Virus record (IMG/VR): IMGVR_UViG_2603880214_000004
Coordinates: 1 to 64,000 of that record
Reading direction: 5' to 3' (one strand)
Length of the DNA: 64,000 nucleotides
DNA from: a virus
Taxonomy: Duplodnaviria; Caudoviricetes
Below, piece after piece: positions 29,089-39,625 of the stretch (within the stretch, counting starts at the first letter, position 1; the number at the start of each line of letters is the position of its first letter). A program made the translations under genes and the position numbers. A model generated the notes under the pieces. That model made no database searches and was not told the DNA's origin. It saw nothing but the letters and a program-made list of their open reading frames with translations.

Positions 29089-29506
29089 TAGAGTGGAATT
29101 CGAACAGAATCGCACGTATTACTTGAAGATGTTACCTAAAGAGTGTGCAAATTGTGGAGAAACAAATGATTTAGATATACACCATATAGTTCCATTAGCG
29201 AAAGGTGGCACGAATCGAATTAGTAATTTGGTTATGTTATGCCTTGAGTGTCACGGGAAAATACATGGCGTTAATAGGGTTAAGCATAAGGAATTGCAAA
29301 GACTGGGAATTGAAAAGGCAAAAGAACGCGGTGTATATAAAGGAAAACCGAAGAAATACACTGAGACAAATGAAAGTATGAAACAAGCTTTGGATTTATT
29401 TAAAGGTCGTAAGAATAATGGTTATACCGTAAAGAGGATATGTACCGAAACAGGTGTTAGTCGTACTGTTTTGTATGAAATAGCAAAAGAAAAAGGAATA
29501 GTTTAA
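29081..29506 (+). CDS. HNH endonuclease fused to a resolvase-type C-terminal arm/HTH
   Basis: CANCG..HHIVP..N..CLECH; GIEKAKERGVYKGKP..VSRTVLY. Confidence 0.8.
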   Translation: MNSRVEFEQNRTYYLKMLPKECANCGETNDLDIHHIVPLAKGGTNRISNLVMLCLECHGKIHGVNRVKHKELQRLGIEKAKERGVYKGKPKKYTETNESMKQALDLFKGRKNNGYTVKRICTETGVSRTVLYEIAKEKGIV

Positions 29507-29652
29507 TTTACTTTAAAGTAGCGAATCCGCTACTTTTTTATTTTATAAAAAAGAACCTGCAAACCTGCAGATTCTCCTGATAATGATTTATGAAGTAAGA
29601 CCCGAAAATATAATACAATGATTCGAAAATTAGTTCAAGAGTGTTTGGTGAT

Positions 29653-29883
29653 TTAAGCCGCTCTATAATCTTTGTTTTTAAGCTTCTTTCTAATATCCAT
29701 AAATCCGATAATCATTATTGCCATGCATATTAACTTGAGCCAACGAAATTCCTGGTGGTACATTAGCCCAGAGAAGAATTCATAGGCATATAACAAACCG
29801 ACGATTGGAAATAGCCAAGTCATAAATTTCAAATCTTTTAGATGAAACTTATAATTATTAATCTTTTTCCACATATGTATCAA
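29653..29883 (-). CDS. Small membrane protein
   Basis: Two TMs. Confidence 0.6.
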   Translation of the reverse strand: MIHMWKKINNYKFHLKDLKFMTWLFPIVGLLYAYEFFSGLMYHQEFRWLKLICMAIMIIGFMDIRKKLKNKDYRAA

Positions 29884-29892
29884 CTCCTATTG

Positions 29893-30099
29893 TTATGAGG
29901 TTCTGTAGTTTTTCTTTTTGAAATCTCGCATGTTGAGGATAAAGAATAGAAGGAAGATAACAGCTCCGATGCCATTAATCCAGTAGTATGTGCGCCCTGT
30001 TGTGAATCCGTTATAGAATTCATAGGCATTCCAAATTACAAGAAGTACTGAGCAGACAGTAGAGACCATTAATGAGCCAAAACTTCTCATGATTTTCAC
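29893..30099 (-). CDS. Small membrane protein, paralogue of its neighbour
   Basis: Shares AYEF..G and KxYR motifs with 29653-29883. Confidence 0.6.
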   Translation of the reverse strand: MKIMRSFGSLMVSTVCSVLLVIWNAYEFYNGFTTGRTYYWINGIGAVIFLLFFILNMRDFKKKNYRTS

Positions 30100-30316
30100 C
30101 TCGATTCAAAATGTTAGAACTTCTTTATAATTTTACATTTAAATAAATAGATTTACAAGGAGAGGGAATAATAAAAAGAACCCGCTGGAGTTCGGGTCCT
30201 TTCAGAAGTGATGATGTATTCTCGGCTTGGGAACTGAGAAAAACACAAAAATATAATACATCGAGTTTTAGGGAATTTCAAGAATAAATTAGAGTGATTT
30301 TGGAGGATGATGAATA

Positions 30317-30529
30317 ATGAAACTAACTAAACAAGAACAAGCGATTGCAATTGGTACATTCATTTCGATGTTGGGACAGGACTTTGTAAATGAGCGCATC
30401 GATAAACAGAAATTAGAAAGTGCAATTCCAATCTTTAATGAGTTAGAAGATAACACAACACCAAAGCAAAAGAGAGAAGCAATGGTTAGTTTGCTCGATA
30501 AAACAATGGAAGAATTCCTAAAAGCTTAA
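30317..30529 (+). CDS. Hypothetical protein
   Basis: RBS GGAGG. Confidence 0.6.
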   Translation: MKLTKQEQAIAIGTFISMLGQDFVNERIDKQKLESAIPIFNELEDNTTPKQKREAMVSLLDKTMEEFLKA

Positions 30530-30561
30530 AAAACTAATAGAGCCTATGTGAGGTGGTGGTT

Positions 30562-31476
30562 ATGGCTAGACAACGTAGCCCGGACAGAGATAAAGCATTT
30601 GAAATATATAAAGTAAGTAAAGGTGAGAAGCCATTAATTGATATTGCTGCTGAGTTAAACCTTAAGCCTTCGCAAATCAGAAAGTGGAAATCACAAGACA
30701 AATGGGATGAACAAATGAATGGTAACGTTACTATTGCGAAAAGGAGCGTTACTAATGTTAAAAATCCCAAAACGAAAGAAAAACTGAAAGAGATTTTAGA
30801 AGATGAAGAGTTGACCGAAAAGGAAAGGCTCTTTTGTTTGTATTATGTGAAATACTTCAATGGTACACAAGCTGCACTGAAGGCTGGATACTCCAAAGAC
30901 GGCGCTCATGTACAGGCTAGTCGATTGCTAAGACGTGAACGAGTTTCTTCCTATATAAAAGAGCTTAAAGGTGAGTTAATCGAGAATGTATTTGTGGAAG
31001 CGATGGATGTGCTTAAAGAGTACATTAAGATTGCTTTTGCTGATATTACTAACTATGTAACCTTTGGACAGAAGGAAGTACCTGTAATGGGGATGTTTGG
31101 CCCGATGAAAGATGAATCCGGTAAAGAAATAACTCGTATCATAAATTATGTAGATTTACACGAGGCTGACATGGTTGATGGTTCTATAATAACCGAAGTA
31201 AAACTCGGAAAAGATGGCGTGTCAGTAAAACTTGCTGACAAGATGAAAGCACTGGACAAACTATCACAGTACTTTGACTTAGTACCTGACAATTTCAAAC
31301 GTAAAATCGAAGAAGAACGCCACAAAATGCAGATGGAAGTGCAGAAAGCTCAAATTGATAAAATTAAAGCAGATACTTCTCGTATTAAAGGTGATGAAGG
31401 TGAAGAGTATGAAGATGACGGATTCATCGATGCGTTAGAAGGTAAAACAGCAGAGGTGTGGGAAGATGAAACTTAA
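30562..31476 (+). CDS. Terminase small subunit
   Basis: N-terminal HTH; FNGTQAALKAGYS. Confidence 0.9.
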   Translation: MARQRSPDRDKAFEIYKVSKGEKPLIDIAAELNLKPSQIRKWKSQDKWDEQMNGNVTIAKRSVTNVKNPKTKEKLKEILEDEELTEKERLFCLYYVKYFNGTQAALKAGYSKDGAHVQASRLLRRERVSSYIKELKGELIENVFVEAMDVLKEYIKIAFADITNYVTFGQKEVPVMGMFGPMKDESGKEITRIINYVDLHEADMVDGSIITEVKLGKDGVSVKLADKMKALDKLSQYFDLVPDNFKRKIEEERHKMQMEVQKAQIDKIKADTSRIKGDEGEEYEDDGFIDALEGKTAEVWEDET

Positions 31477-32740
31477 ACCTGCCCCTTTTAAATTTAGACC
31501 ATTCTCAAAGAAACAATTACAAGTACTCACTTGGTGGAGAAAAGATTCACCTGTGAAGGACCATGACGGCATTATATGCGATGGTTCTATTCGTGCTGGC
31601 AAAACTGTTTCGATGGCTCTTTCTTATGTTATGTGGGGAACTGAAACATTCAATGGTGAAAACCTAGGTATGGCAGGTAAAACAATTGGATCACTGCGAC
31701 GCAACGTAATTACTCCATTAAAGAAGATGTTAAAATCACGTAAATATAAAGTGAAAGACCATCTATCAGAGAACATGCTTACCATTAGTAAAGATGGCCA
31801 TACGAATCATTTCTATATATTTGGTGGTAAGGACGAATCATCACAAGAACTTATCCAAGGTATTACATTAGCGGGTATGTTTTTTGATGAAGTTGCTCTT
31901 ATGCCACAAAGCTTTGTGAACCAAGCGACAGGACGTTGTTCTATTGAAGGCTCAAAGTATTGGTTTAACTGTAACCCTGCCGGCCCGTATCATTGGTTCA
32001 AACTTGAATGGATAGATAATAAGGAAGACAAGAACCTGCTACATATTCATTTTACAATGGACGATAATCTTTCTTTATCTGAAAAAGTGAAGCAAAGATA
32101 CTATCGTATGTATAGTGGAGTCTTCTTTCAACGCTTCATTTTAGGTTTATGGGTGCTTGCAGAAGGTATTGTATATGACATGTTTAACAAAGAAAAGCAT
32201 GTTGTAAAAACAGTAGAAAGAGAATACGAGAAGTATTATGTATCTTGTGACTATGGTACACAGAACCCTATGACATATGGACTATGGGGATTGTGTAAAG
32301 GTATATGGTACAAAACAAAAGAGTACCATTATGATGGTCGTAAAAATTCACGGCAAAAGACAGATGATGAGTATCTTGACGACCTAAAAGAATTTATCGG
32401 AGATATTTCTATTCGTGGAATTATAGTTGACCCATCAGCAGCTTCATTTATTGCTTTATTGAAAAAGAATCGATTCAAAGTGCTTAAAGCTAAGAATGAA
32501 GTTATAGATGGCATAAGAAATGTAGCGCGACTTCTTAATGAAGAGAAGATAAAATACAACGACTGCTGTAAAGAAACATTCCGTGAATACGCTTCTTATA
32601 CTTGGGATGAAAAAGCTACAGCTCGTGGTGAAGATAAACCAAATAAAGAGAATGACCACCAAATGGATGGTGATCGTTACTTTGTAAATACAGTTGTTGT
32701 AACTAATAACAAAGCTAAGGCTGTTAAGTCAATCTATTAA
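31466..32740 (+). CDS. Terminase large subunit, PBSX family
   Basis: GSIRAGKT, DEVALMP, DYG, DPSA, DHQMD. Confidence 0.93.
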   Translation: MKLKPAPFKFRPFSKKQLQVLTWWRKDSPVKDHDGIICDGSIRAGKTVSMALSYVMWGTETFNGENLGMAGKTIGSLRRNVITPLKKMLKSRKYKVKDHLSENMLTISKDGHTNHFYIFGGKDESSQELIQGITLAGMFFDEVALMPQSFVNQATGRCSIEGSKYWFNCNPAGPYHWFKLEWIDNKEDKNLLHIHFTMDDNLSLSEKVKQRYYRMYSGVFFQRFILGLWVLAEGIVYDMFNKEKHVVKTVEREYEKYYVSCDYGTQNPMTYGLWGLCKGIWYKTKEYHYDGRKNSRQKTDDEYLDDLKEFIGDISIRGIIVDPSAASFIALLKKNRFKVLKAKNEVIDGIRNVARLLNEEKIKYNDCCKETFREYASYTWDEKATARGEDKPNKENDHQMDGDRYFVNTVVVTNNKAKAVKSIY

Positions 32741-32752
32741 GGAGGTGAGACG

Positions 32753-34177
32753 ATGTTTGAACACTATATTCCATTGCTGGATGAACAAAATGGCGAGCCT
32801 ACATCAAAGTTACTAAAAAAAATTATTGATGAGTTTGAACCATTAAAACAACGCATGATTAACAGGTACGAGCGATACAAAGCAAGTGAAAAGGGTGTGC
32901 CTATCTTTACTCGCGAGTTTAAAGGTGATGGTAATAAAGATAAGGTTAACAATAAGCTAAACAATGACTTCTTTTCTGAAATTATCGATACAAAAATCGG
33001 TTATATGTTTGGGTTGCCTATCTCATACAGCTTAGATCATGAAGATGATGAAGTATTGAAACGTATTCAGGACTTTTTAAAAGCGAATCATACTGAGGAT
33101 GCTGACGCAGAAACAGGGAAGTTCGCTTCTATTTGTGGATACGGAGCGAGACTACTGTATCACGATAAAGAAGGCATCGAAAAGGTTATGAATATCAAAC
33201 CTTATGAAGCTATATTTCTTACGAATTCAAGCATTGCAGAACCTAAATACGCTATACGCTGCTATCCAATCAAAGTAATTGATGGTGATGATTTCAAGGA
33301 TGGTTACAAAGTAGAGTTTTACAATGAAACAAACATTATTGAGTACACTGGTGAAGATTTAGATAAGTTAACAGAGACTGACCGTATTCCAAACTTATTT
33401 AAAGGTGTGCCACTTATTGGGTTTCCTAATAATGAAGAATTACAAGGAGATGTAGATAAAGCTATATCACTTATTGAAGGTTACGACCGTTCGTTTTCCG
33501 ATGTAAACAGTGAAATTGAACAGTTTCGTCTGGCTTATATGATCTTTAAAGGCATTGATATAGATGATGATACTATCGAGAAGCTAAAACAAACAGGAGC
33601 TCTTGATGTAGGTGAGAATGGTGAGGCTTCTTTTTTAACTAAGGACCTTAATGACAACATCTTAGAACACCATCTCGACAGATTAGAAAAGAATATATGC
33701 CGTTTCACAAAGCATGTGAACCTTTCTGATGAATCATTTGGTGGTAACCTTACTGGTGTTGCTATTCGTTACAAGTTATTAGCTTTAGAAACTAAATCAG
33801 GAACATTAGAAATGAAGTTTACTAAGTCATTGCGACAACAATTTAAGTTATTGTTTGACGCTTGGAACTTACGCTCAAATAAAGGAGAACTAGACTACCT
33901 TTGTATGACGTTTCAATTTACGCGAAACCTTCCAGCCAACTTAGCTGATGAAGCTGATGTGCAGTCTAAACTACAAGGTTTAGTAAGCGAAGAAACACGA
34001 TTATCTATGTTATCTGTTGTTTCTGATCCGAAAGCGGAGATACAGAAGATGCAGGAAGAAGAGGCGGATTCCATGAATCTCGACAAGGTAGGTGAGCCTA
34101 GTGGAATGGGACAAGAAGCAGAAACATCTCCAAAAGATAGAGGACGAACTGGAAAAGGCGATTCTCTACCTGTATAA
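32753..34177 (+). CDS. Portal protein, SPP1 gp6-like
   Basis: Position; GNLTGVAIRYKL. Confidence 0.9.
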   Translation: MFEHYIPLLDEQNGEPTSKLLKKIIDEFEPLKQRMINRYERYKASEKGVPIFTREFKGDGNKDKVNNKLNNDFFSEIIDTKIGYMFGLPISYSLDHEDDEVLKRIQDFLKANHTEDADAETGKFASICGYGARLLYHDKEGIEKVMNIKPYEAIFLTNSSIAEPKYAIRCYPIKVIDGDDFKDGYKVEFYNETNIIEYTGEDLDKLTETDRIPNLFKGVPLIGFPNNEELQGDVDKAISLIEGYDRSFSDVNSEIEQFRLAYMIFKGIDIDDDTIEKLKQTGALDVGENGEASFLTKDLNDNILEHHLDRLEKNICRFTKHVNLSDESFGGNLTGVAIRYKLLALETKSGTLEMKFTKSLRQQFKLLFDAWNLRSNKGELDYLCMTFQFTRNLPANLADEADVQSKLQGLVSEETRLSMLSVVSDPKAEIQKMQEEEADSMNLDKVGEPSGMGQEAETSPKDRGRTGKGDSLPV

Positions 34178-35018
34178 AGATGCTTTAGAAGAAGTCAGAG
34201 GAATACTGGCTTTTTATTATGCCAAATATGCCGTAAATGAGCAGTTGAGTATGCAGGAAATGCGCCGATTCAATCGATATAAGAGCATGCAAAGTGAACT
34301 GCAACACGTTATTAATGAAATAACATATGAGAAAAAGAAAACTCTCAATGAAACGCTCTCCAATCAGTATGGAGAGTCTTTTTATTATACGAGTTATCTC
34401 ATCGAGAAAGAAGTCGGCGTGGCTCTTTCGTATGGTCTTCTTGACCCGAACGTCATTAAACGAGCGGTACAAATGCCAATCGATAAAATGACACTCAATC
34501 AAAGGTTAAGTACACATCGAGTACAGATAGTTAACCGAATACGCAGAGAGTTATCTATCGGTCTTAGAAAAGGCGAAGGATATGCAACAATGGCAAATCG
34601 GATTAAGCCAATACTTGATGGTGATGCGAAGAAAGCCCAAATGGTCGCTTGGACAGAAAGTGCTAGGGTGCAAAACTTAGGTACTTATGACAGTGCTTCT
34701 CACGCTTTTGATGAAGGTGTATCAATGAAGAAGATTTGGATTTCTACATTAGATAAACGTACGCGTCCTACTCACCAAGCAGCAGATCATCAAAAAGTAC
34801 CGTTTAAAGGATTATTTAAAGTCGGTGGTTATAGTTGCGAATATCCACATGATAGTAATTTACCTGCTAAAGAAGTTGTACGATGCCGCTGTACTTTCAT
34901 TACTGAGGTAGCGGATGTTAGCTCATTCATTGAGAGAAGGGCCAGAAACCCAACTACAGGTAAGAATGAGGTGATTAGCGCAGTTAGTTACGAGGAATGG
35001 AAAGACTCTCTTGAATAA
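34092..35018 (+). CDS. Minor head morphogenesis protein (SPP1 gp7/MuF)
   Basis: WTESAR, DKRTRPTH, RCRCT. Confidence 0.88.
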   Translation: MSLVEWDKKQKHLQKIEDELEKAILYLYKDALEEVRGILAFYYAKYAVNEQLSMQEMRRFNRYKSMQSELQHVINEITYEKKKTLNETLSNQYGESFYYTSYLIEKEVGVALSYGLLDPNVIKRAVQMPIDKMTLNQRLSTHRVQIVNRIRRELSIGLRKGEGYATMANRIKPILDGDAKKAQMVAWTESARVQNLGTYDSASHAFDEGVSMKKIWISTLDKRTRPTHQAADHQKVPFKGLFKVGGYSCEYPHDSNLPAKEVVRCRCTFITEVADVSSFIERRARNPTTGKNEVISAVSYEEWKDSLE

Positions 35019-35090
35019 TAAAACACACGAGGGCTTATAAAATACGAACTAAATAGGGTGTATTCATAGGAACTCAGAGGAGGAATAATA

Positions 35091-35822
35091 ATGAAACAAT
35101 TACAAAAGCAAGCGGAAGTACAGTTTTTAAAAGAAAGAGAACTAACAAAGTTACCGTTTCGTTTATCAAATCTGCAATTCTTTTCTGATCCTGCAATACC
35201 TGCAGATGAGACACTACAGAATGAACAAACATCACCTGCGGATGATATAAAAGATTCACTAGTTGAAGAGCAAAAAGAACCGCCAGTTGGTGAACAAAAA
35301 GAACCGAAATTAGATGATGCAACAAAAACATTTATTGAGAAGATGGTACAATCAGCGGAAGATAGAGTGCGCTCTAAATATTCGAAAGAACTGAATGCAA
35401 CAAAAAAGGAATTAGAGAACTATAAAACCGCTTCTATGACTGCACAAGAGAAAGCTGAATATGAGATGAAACAACTTCAGGAACAACTAGAAGAGCGAGA
35501 AAGGGTACTTCATCAGAAAGAAATGCAGAGTGTTGCATCAGATGGTTTATCAGCGGTTGGATTGGATCTTAAATTTGTAGATTTTGTTATTGGTTCAGAT
35601 GTAGAAGATACAAAAGTTAGGGTGTCAAAGTTTAATGATTTATTCTCTACTGCATTAGAAGTAAAAGTGGCTGAAAAGTTTAAAGCTGCTGGCCGAGAAA
35701 TCCATGTTAGTGGCGGAACTGGAGGGGGATTTACGAGAGAACAAGTAAATTCAATGAGTCAAGCTGAAATTAATGCGAACTGGCCACAAATTCAGAAGGA
35801 TATGCGCAATTGGGGTAAGTAG
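35091..35822 (+). CDS. Scaffold protein (DUF4355-like)
   Basis: LQFFS motif; coiled coil; upstream of the capsid gene. Confidence 0.8.
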   Translation: MKQLQKQAEVQFLKERELTKLPFRLSNLQFFSDPAIPADETLQNEQTSPADDIKDSLVEEQKEPPVGEQKEPKLDDATKTFIEKMVQSAEDRVRSKYSKELNATKKELENYKTASMTAQEKAEYEMKQLQEQLEERERVLHQKEMQSVASDGLSAVGLDLKFVDFVIGSDVEDTKVRVSKFNDLFSTALEVKVAEKFKAAGREIHVSGGTGGGFTREQVNSMSQAEINANWPQIQKDMRNWGK

Positions 35823-35939
35823 CACTAGGAAAGTTAAGTGATTTGAATGGTACAGTCAAAAAAATATAAAACGAACAAAAGAGATTGCTAGTTTAGTAAT
35901 CTCTTTTGTTATGGAAAAACATTAAGGAGGAATTAATAT

Positions 35940-36785
35940 ATGTCAGTATCAACTTTTATTCCAACAATTTGGGAAGCGCGCTTGATGGCGAACTTTCACA
36001 AGCGTTCTATTGCGGATTTAATTACAACAACGCCAACGAAAATCGAAGGTAATAAGATTATCTTTAATCGTGTAGGCGCAGTAAATGTAAAAGATTATAA
36101 TGGTACAATCGAATGGGATGATACCAACCCTTCTAAAGTAGAAATTAATATGGATCAACAAAAGTATTTTGCTTTCAAAGTTGATGATGTAGATGCAGTT
36201 CAGGCTGCTGGAGATTTAATCGACCCACATACACAAGAGGCAGGAGCGGTACTTCAGGAAACCGTTGATACATTCGTATTAGGGCTTTATAAAGGCGCTC
36301 ATAAAACTCATACAATTGGGAGTGACTCTAGTCCAATTGAGTTATCACCTAAAAATGCATATGATTACATTGTAGACTTAAATACGATTTTAAATATTAA
36401 AAAGGTTCCTAAAACTGAACGATTCACAATCATCAATTCTCAGGTTTTAGGTTTATTATCTAAAGATGATCGCTTTACTAAGCAACCTGTTGTTTTAGAA
36501 AATGGTATTGTTGAAGGACAGATTATTAATGGATCACAAATCGTTGTATCAGAAGAAATTCACGGTACTGGTGGTAAGTATAAAATTTTAGGTCTTCATA
36601 AGTCTGCCATTGGATACGGGACACAGTTAACTGAAACAGAGGCACAACGTCTGCAAAATTCCTTTGCAGATGGTATTCGTGGTCTTATGGTTTATGGTGG
36701 AGATATCCTTCGTCAAGAGTCAATAGCGGTACTTACAGCTACAGTTACATCAATTACTCCGGAAAAACCAGGTGGAGGGGCTTAA
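35940..36785 (+). CDS. Major capsid protein (P22-coat-like)
   Basis: FIPTIW, DQQKYFAFKVDD, FADGIRGLMVYG. Confidence 0.88.
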   Translation: MSVSTFIPTIWEARLMANFHKRSIADLITTTPTKIEGNKIIFNRVGAVNVKDYNGTIEWDDTNPSKVEINMDQQKYFAFKVDDVDAVQAAGDLIDPHTQEAGAVLQETVDTFVLGLYKGAHKTHTIGSDSSPIELSPKNAYDYIVDLNTILNIKKVPKTERFTIINSQVLGLLSKDDRFTKQPVVLENGIVEGQIINGSQIVVSEEIHGTGGKYKILGLHKSAIGYGTQLTETEAQRLQNSFADGIRGLMVYGGDILRQESIAVLTATVTSITPEKPGGGA

Positions 36786-36828
36786 TAAGCCTTCTCCATT
36801 TTTTTCTTTTACGTAAGTAGGTGATTAG

Positions 36829-37140
36829 ATGGAAGATATGAAAGCAGAAATTTTAAAACGTGTAAAACTGCAAGTACCTAATATAAGTGATGAAAATTTA
36901 TTAATAAGCATTGAAGATACAATGTTAATGGTTGCTGAGTACACCAATAGAACTATTCCTGAATTCCCTACTGCTTATATTGGTATCATCGCTAAAATGG
37001 TGGTTCATCAGTATATGGAGCAAGAGAGAGAAGGAAAGAAAAGTGAATCGTTAGGTAACTATTCTGTTACTTATGATGATGTGGTAGATTATCCAGCAAG
37101 CGTCACGAAGGGGCTGAAAGTGAGGTTACGTGTTCGATGA
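36829..37140 (+). CDS. Head-tail connector
   Basis: EGKKSESLGNYSVTY. Confidence 0.8.
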   Translation: MEDMKAEILKRVKLQVPNISDENLLISIEDTMLMVAEYTNRTIPEFPTAYIGIIAKMVVHQYMEQEREGKKSESLGNYSVTYDDVVDYPASVTKGLKVRLRVR

Positions 37141-37481
37141 TTCAGTCAATGATACGCAAGTTTGGAAAAGATGCTACAGTACTTCGCAACGCTGGTTCTG
37201 ATGATGGACCATATCCAACAGAAGAATGGAAAGAAATCAATACTGTTAAAGGTGTATTGGATGCTATCCAAGGGACAAAGGATGCTCGCAATAAGAAAGT
37301 AGAAGAGAAAAGCACACATTTCTTTTACTGCATGCTTTTCGACGTAACTATTCAAGATAGATTAGTTATCGATAAGAAGGTATACAGCGTTACTTATCCG
37401 GGCGACCCAATGAATGCGGGTAGATTCTTTCAAATAGAATTGGAGATGTTGCCATATGAGCGTGAAATTCCAATCCAATAG
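37137..37481 (+). CDS. Head closure/stopper protein
   Basis: Synteny; size. Confidence 0.7.
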   Translation: MIQSMIRKFGKDATVLRNAGSDDGPYPTEEWKEINTVKGVLDAIQGTKDARNKKVEEKSTHFFYCMLFDVTIQDRLVIDKKVYSVTYPGDPMNAGRFFQIELEMLPYEREIPIQ

Positions 37482-37863
37482 AGCCGCTGTTATGGCGAGA
37501 CATTTGGCTGCAAAGAAAGCAGCTCATACTGCTATTGGTCAATTTGTATCTTCTAAAGCTAAATTACTTGCTGCTGTAGACACTGGCAATCTAAGAAGAA
37601 GCATTAGTTCTAAAGCAGAGCAAGAAAAAGTTGTTATCGGTACTTCTGCTGATCATGGAATTTATGTTGAGAAAGGAACAGGAATTTATGCTGTAGACGG
37701 TGATGGGCGTAAAACTCCTTGGATGTACCGTGACCCTAAAACAGGGAAGATGGTTAAAATTCAAGGGCAACATGCACAGCCTTTTCTTAGACCAGCAGCA
37801 GAGAGCAATAAACCGCAAATTACACAAGTTGGCACGCGAACCTATTCGTCGTTAATGAGGTAG
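37456..37863 (+). CDS. HK97 gp10-like neck protein
   Basis: VDTGNLRRSI, YVEKGT, QPFLRPA. Confidence 0.85.
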   Translation: MSVKFQSNRAAVMARHLAAKKAAHTAIGQFVSSKAKLLAAVDTGNLRRSISSKAEQEKVVIGTSADHGIYVEKGTGIYAVDGDGRKTPWMYRDPKTGKMVKIQGQHAQPFLRPAAESNKPQITQVGTRTYSSLMR

Positions 37864-37868
37864 ATAGC

Positions 37869-38231
37869 ATGAATGACTTTATAAATATATTACACAGTGA
37901 ATTAAAACAGATTCATAAAGAAACGTATTATGAAATCGCTAAAACAACGGCTGAAATGCCTTATCTGGTATTCACGGTAAATGATGACAAAGAACCATGG
38001 GGACGAAAGAATATCATGCTTACAATTGATATTTACGGCACTTCCGCTCATCTTAGTAAAATAGATGAACTGATTATGAAGCTAGAAAACAATCTTCATA
38101 GAAAAAGGTTAAGCAGTGCTGAATTTGGTGCTGCTATTTCTTATCTTTCGAGTCAGAAAGTACCTGATCCAGACCCGAATATCAGACGTAAAGAAGTGCG
38201 GTTCATTTTAAGAACTTATTTTAAACAATAG
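37869..38231 (+). CDS. Tail terminator
   Basis: PYLVF, IDIY; synteny. Confidence 0.7.
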   Translation: MNDFINILHSELKQIHKETYYEIAKTTAEMPYLVFTVNDDKEPWGRKNIMLTIDIYGTSAHLSKIDELIMKLENNLHRKRLSSAEFGAAISYLSSQKVPDPDPNIRRKEVRFILRTYFKQ

Positions 38232-38245
38232 AAAGGGTTGATTAT

Positions 38246-38839
38246 ATGGCAGCTCCACAACCAAAACCAGAGAATGTCCTATTCGGAGATTGGGGTGCAT
38301 TCTTCTTTAATTATGGAGAAAAAGACGAACTACCTGTAGGTGCTACACAAGGCGGTGGCTCATTTAAATACGAACCAGAGTTTAAAGAAATTGAATATGA
38401 TGGTTCTCCTGGTGACACTATGGGGATGAAACGTATTACAAAATCAAAAACTCAAATTAGTTTTAAGACACTTGAATTTTTGGATAAAGAAAAAATCAAA
38501 AACTTTATTGCTGGTTTAAAAGTATCAGAAGAGACTGTTACAAAAGACGGGAAAACAATTAAGTACGACGTGATCGAAGCTACAGAACGTCTAACAAAAG
38601 ATAGCTATCTTAAAAACGTAGCATGGGTTGGCGAAACTTTAGGTGGAGATATCGTTGAAATTATCGTATATAACGCATTATCTGACGGTTCATTAGAGCT
38701 AGGATTTGAAAACGAAAGTGAAGTTGTTCCAGAAGTGACATTCACAGGACATCGTGATCCAGAAAACATTCGAAAAGTACCATGGAAAAAACGTATTTTA
38801 ACAGCAACAGAAGCAGCTAAATTAATACCAGCAGGTTAA
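38246..38839 (+). CDS. Major tail tube protein
   Basis: VGATQGG; synteny; terminator follows. Confidence 0.8.
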   Translation: MAAPQPKPENVLFGDWGAFFFNYGEKDELPVGATQGGGSFKYEPEFKEIEYDGSPGDTMGMKRITKSKTQISFKTLEFLDKEKIKNFIAGLKVSEETVTKDGKTIKYDVIEATERLTKDSYLKNVAWVGETLGGDIVEIIVYNALSDGSLELGFENESEVVPEVTFTGHRDPENIRKVPWKKRILTATEAAKLIPAG

Positions 38840-38885
38840 AGAGTAGGGATAATCCCTGCTCTTTTTATTTTAAGGAGGAATAAAT

Positions 38886-39314
38886 ATGACTATTGCAATT
38901 CAAGAAAAAGAATATAAAGTGAGACAAATTCATGGTGGAGATTTATTTTCTGTAGTTCGTATTTTGAAGAAATCGAAATTCAAGGTTGATATTAATTTAC
39001 TTAAAGATTTAATGATGGGCGTACGAAATAAAGAAGGGGCAACACAAGCTGATGTATTAGCTGCACAAGAGACTTTTGGTTACGACATTATCATGAAGTT
39101 TATTTTCGGATTAGAAGAAGCGGAACAGGAATTCTTTGAATTTGTAGCTGGACTTTTAGTCCATGAAGGTGAAAAAGGTAAAAAAACATCTCCAGATTGG
39201 GAAACAATACGAACTTTAAATCTAGAAGAGTTAGTTAAGCTGTTTACTGCAATCAAAGATTCAGAAGTTGGATTGGTTAAACTTTTTTCCAATGCGGTGA
39301 ACTTGATGAAATAG
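38886..39314 (+). CDS. Tail assembly chaperone (G)
   Basis: Between the tail tube and tape-measure genes. Confidence 0.75.
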   Translation: MTIAIQEKEYKVRQIHGGDLFSVVRILKKSKFKVDINLLKDLMMGVRNKEGATQADVLAAQETFGYDIIMKFIFGLEEAEQEFFEFVAGLLVHEGEKGKKTSPDWETIRTLNLEELVKLFTAIKDSEVGLVKLFSNAVNLMK

Positions 39315-39625
39315 ACTTCATCGATACGTTAGCTTCTCGTTATCCAAACATGGAGTACATACGTGGCTTGGAGGCCGAGATAGTTATTAATCTGTATCTC
39401 ACCGCAAAGAAAAAAGAAATGAATCGTATGTTATGGGAGGAATGGTGCGCGCTACAACCGTACTGCGATGAAACATTTCCTCAATTTAAACATAAGCGTG
39501 AAAATCCTACGCAAGAACAGGTGCATCAATATAACAATTCAATTGAACAAACACCGAAACAGAAACTCACAAAAGAAGAAGTGTTTGCTTGTGTTGCGAA
39601 AATCCGCGGAAAGGCTGGTGAATAG
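39281..39625 (+). CDS. Tail assembly chaperone GT extension via -1 frameshift
   Basis: The -1 frame opens right after a TAA at the CTTTTTTC run (39282-39289) and runs to 39625. Confidence 0.7.
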   Translation, partial: TFFQCGELDEIDFIDTLASRYPNMEYIRGLEAEIVINLYLTAKKKEMNRMLWEEWCALQPYCDETFPQFKHKRENPTQEQVHQYNNSIEQTPKQKLTKEEVFACVAKIRGKAGE

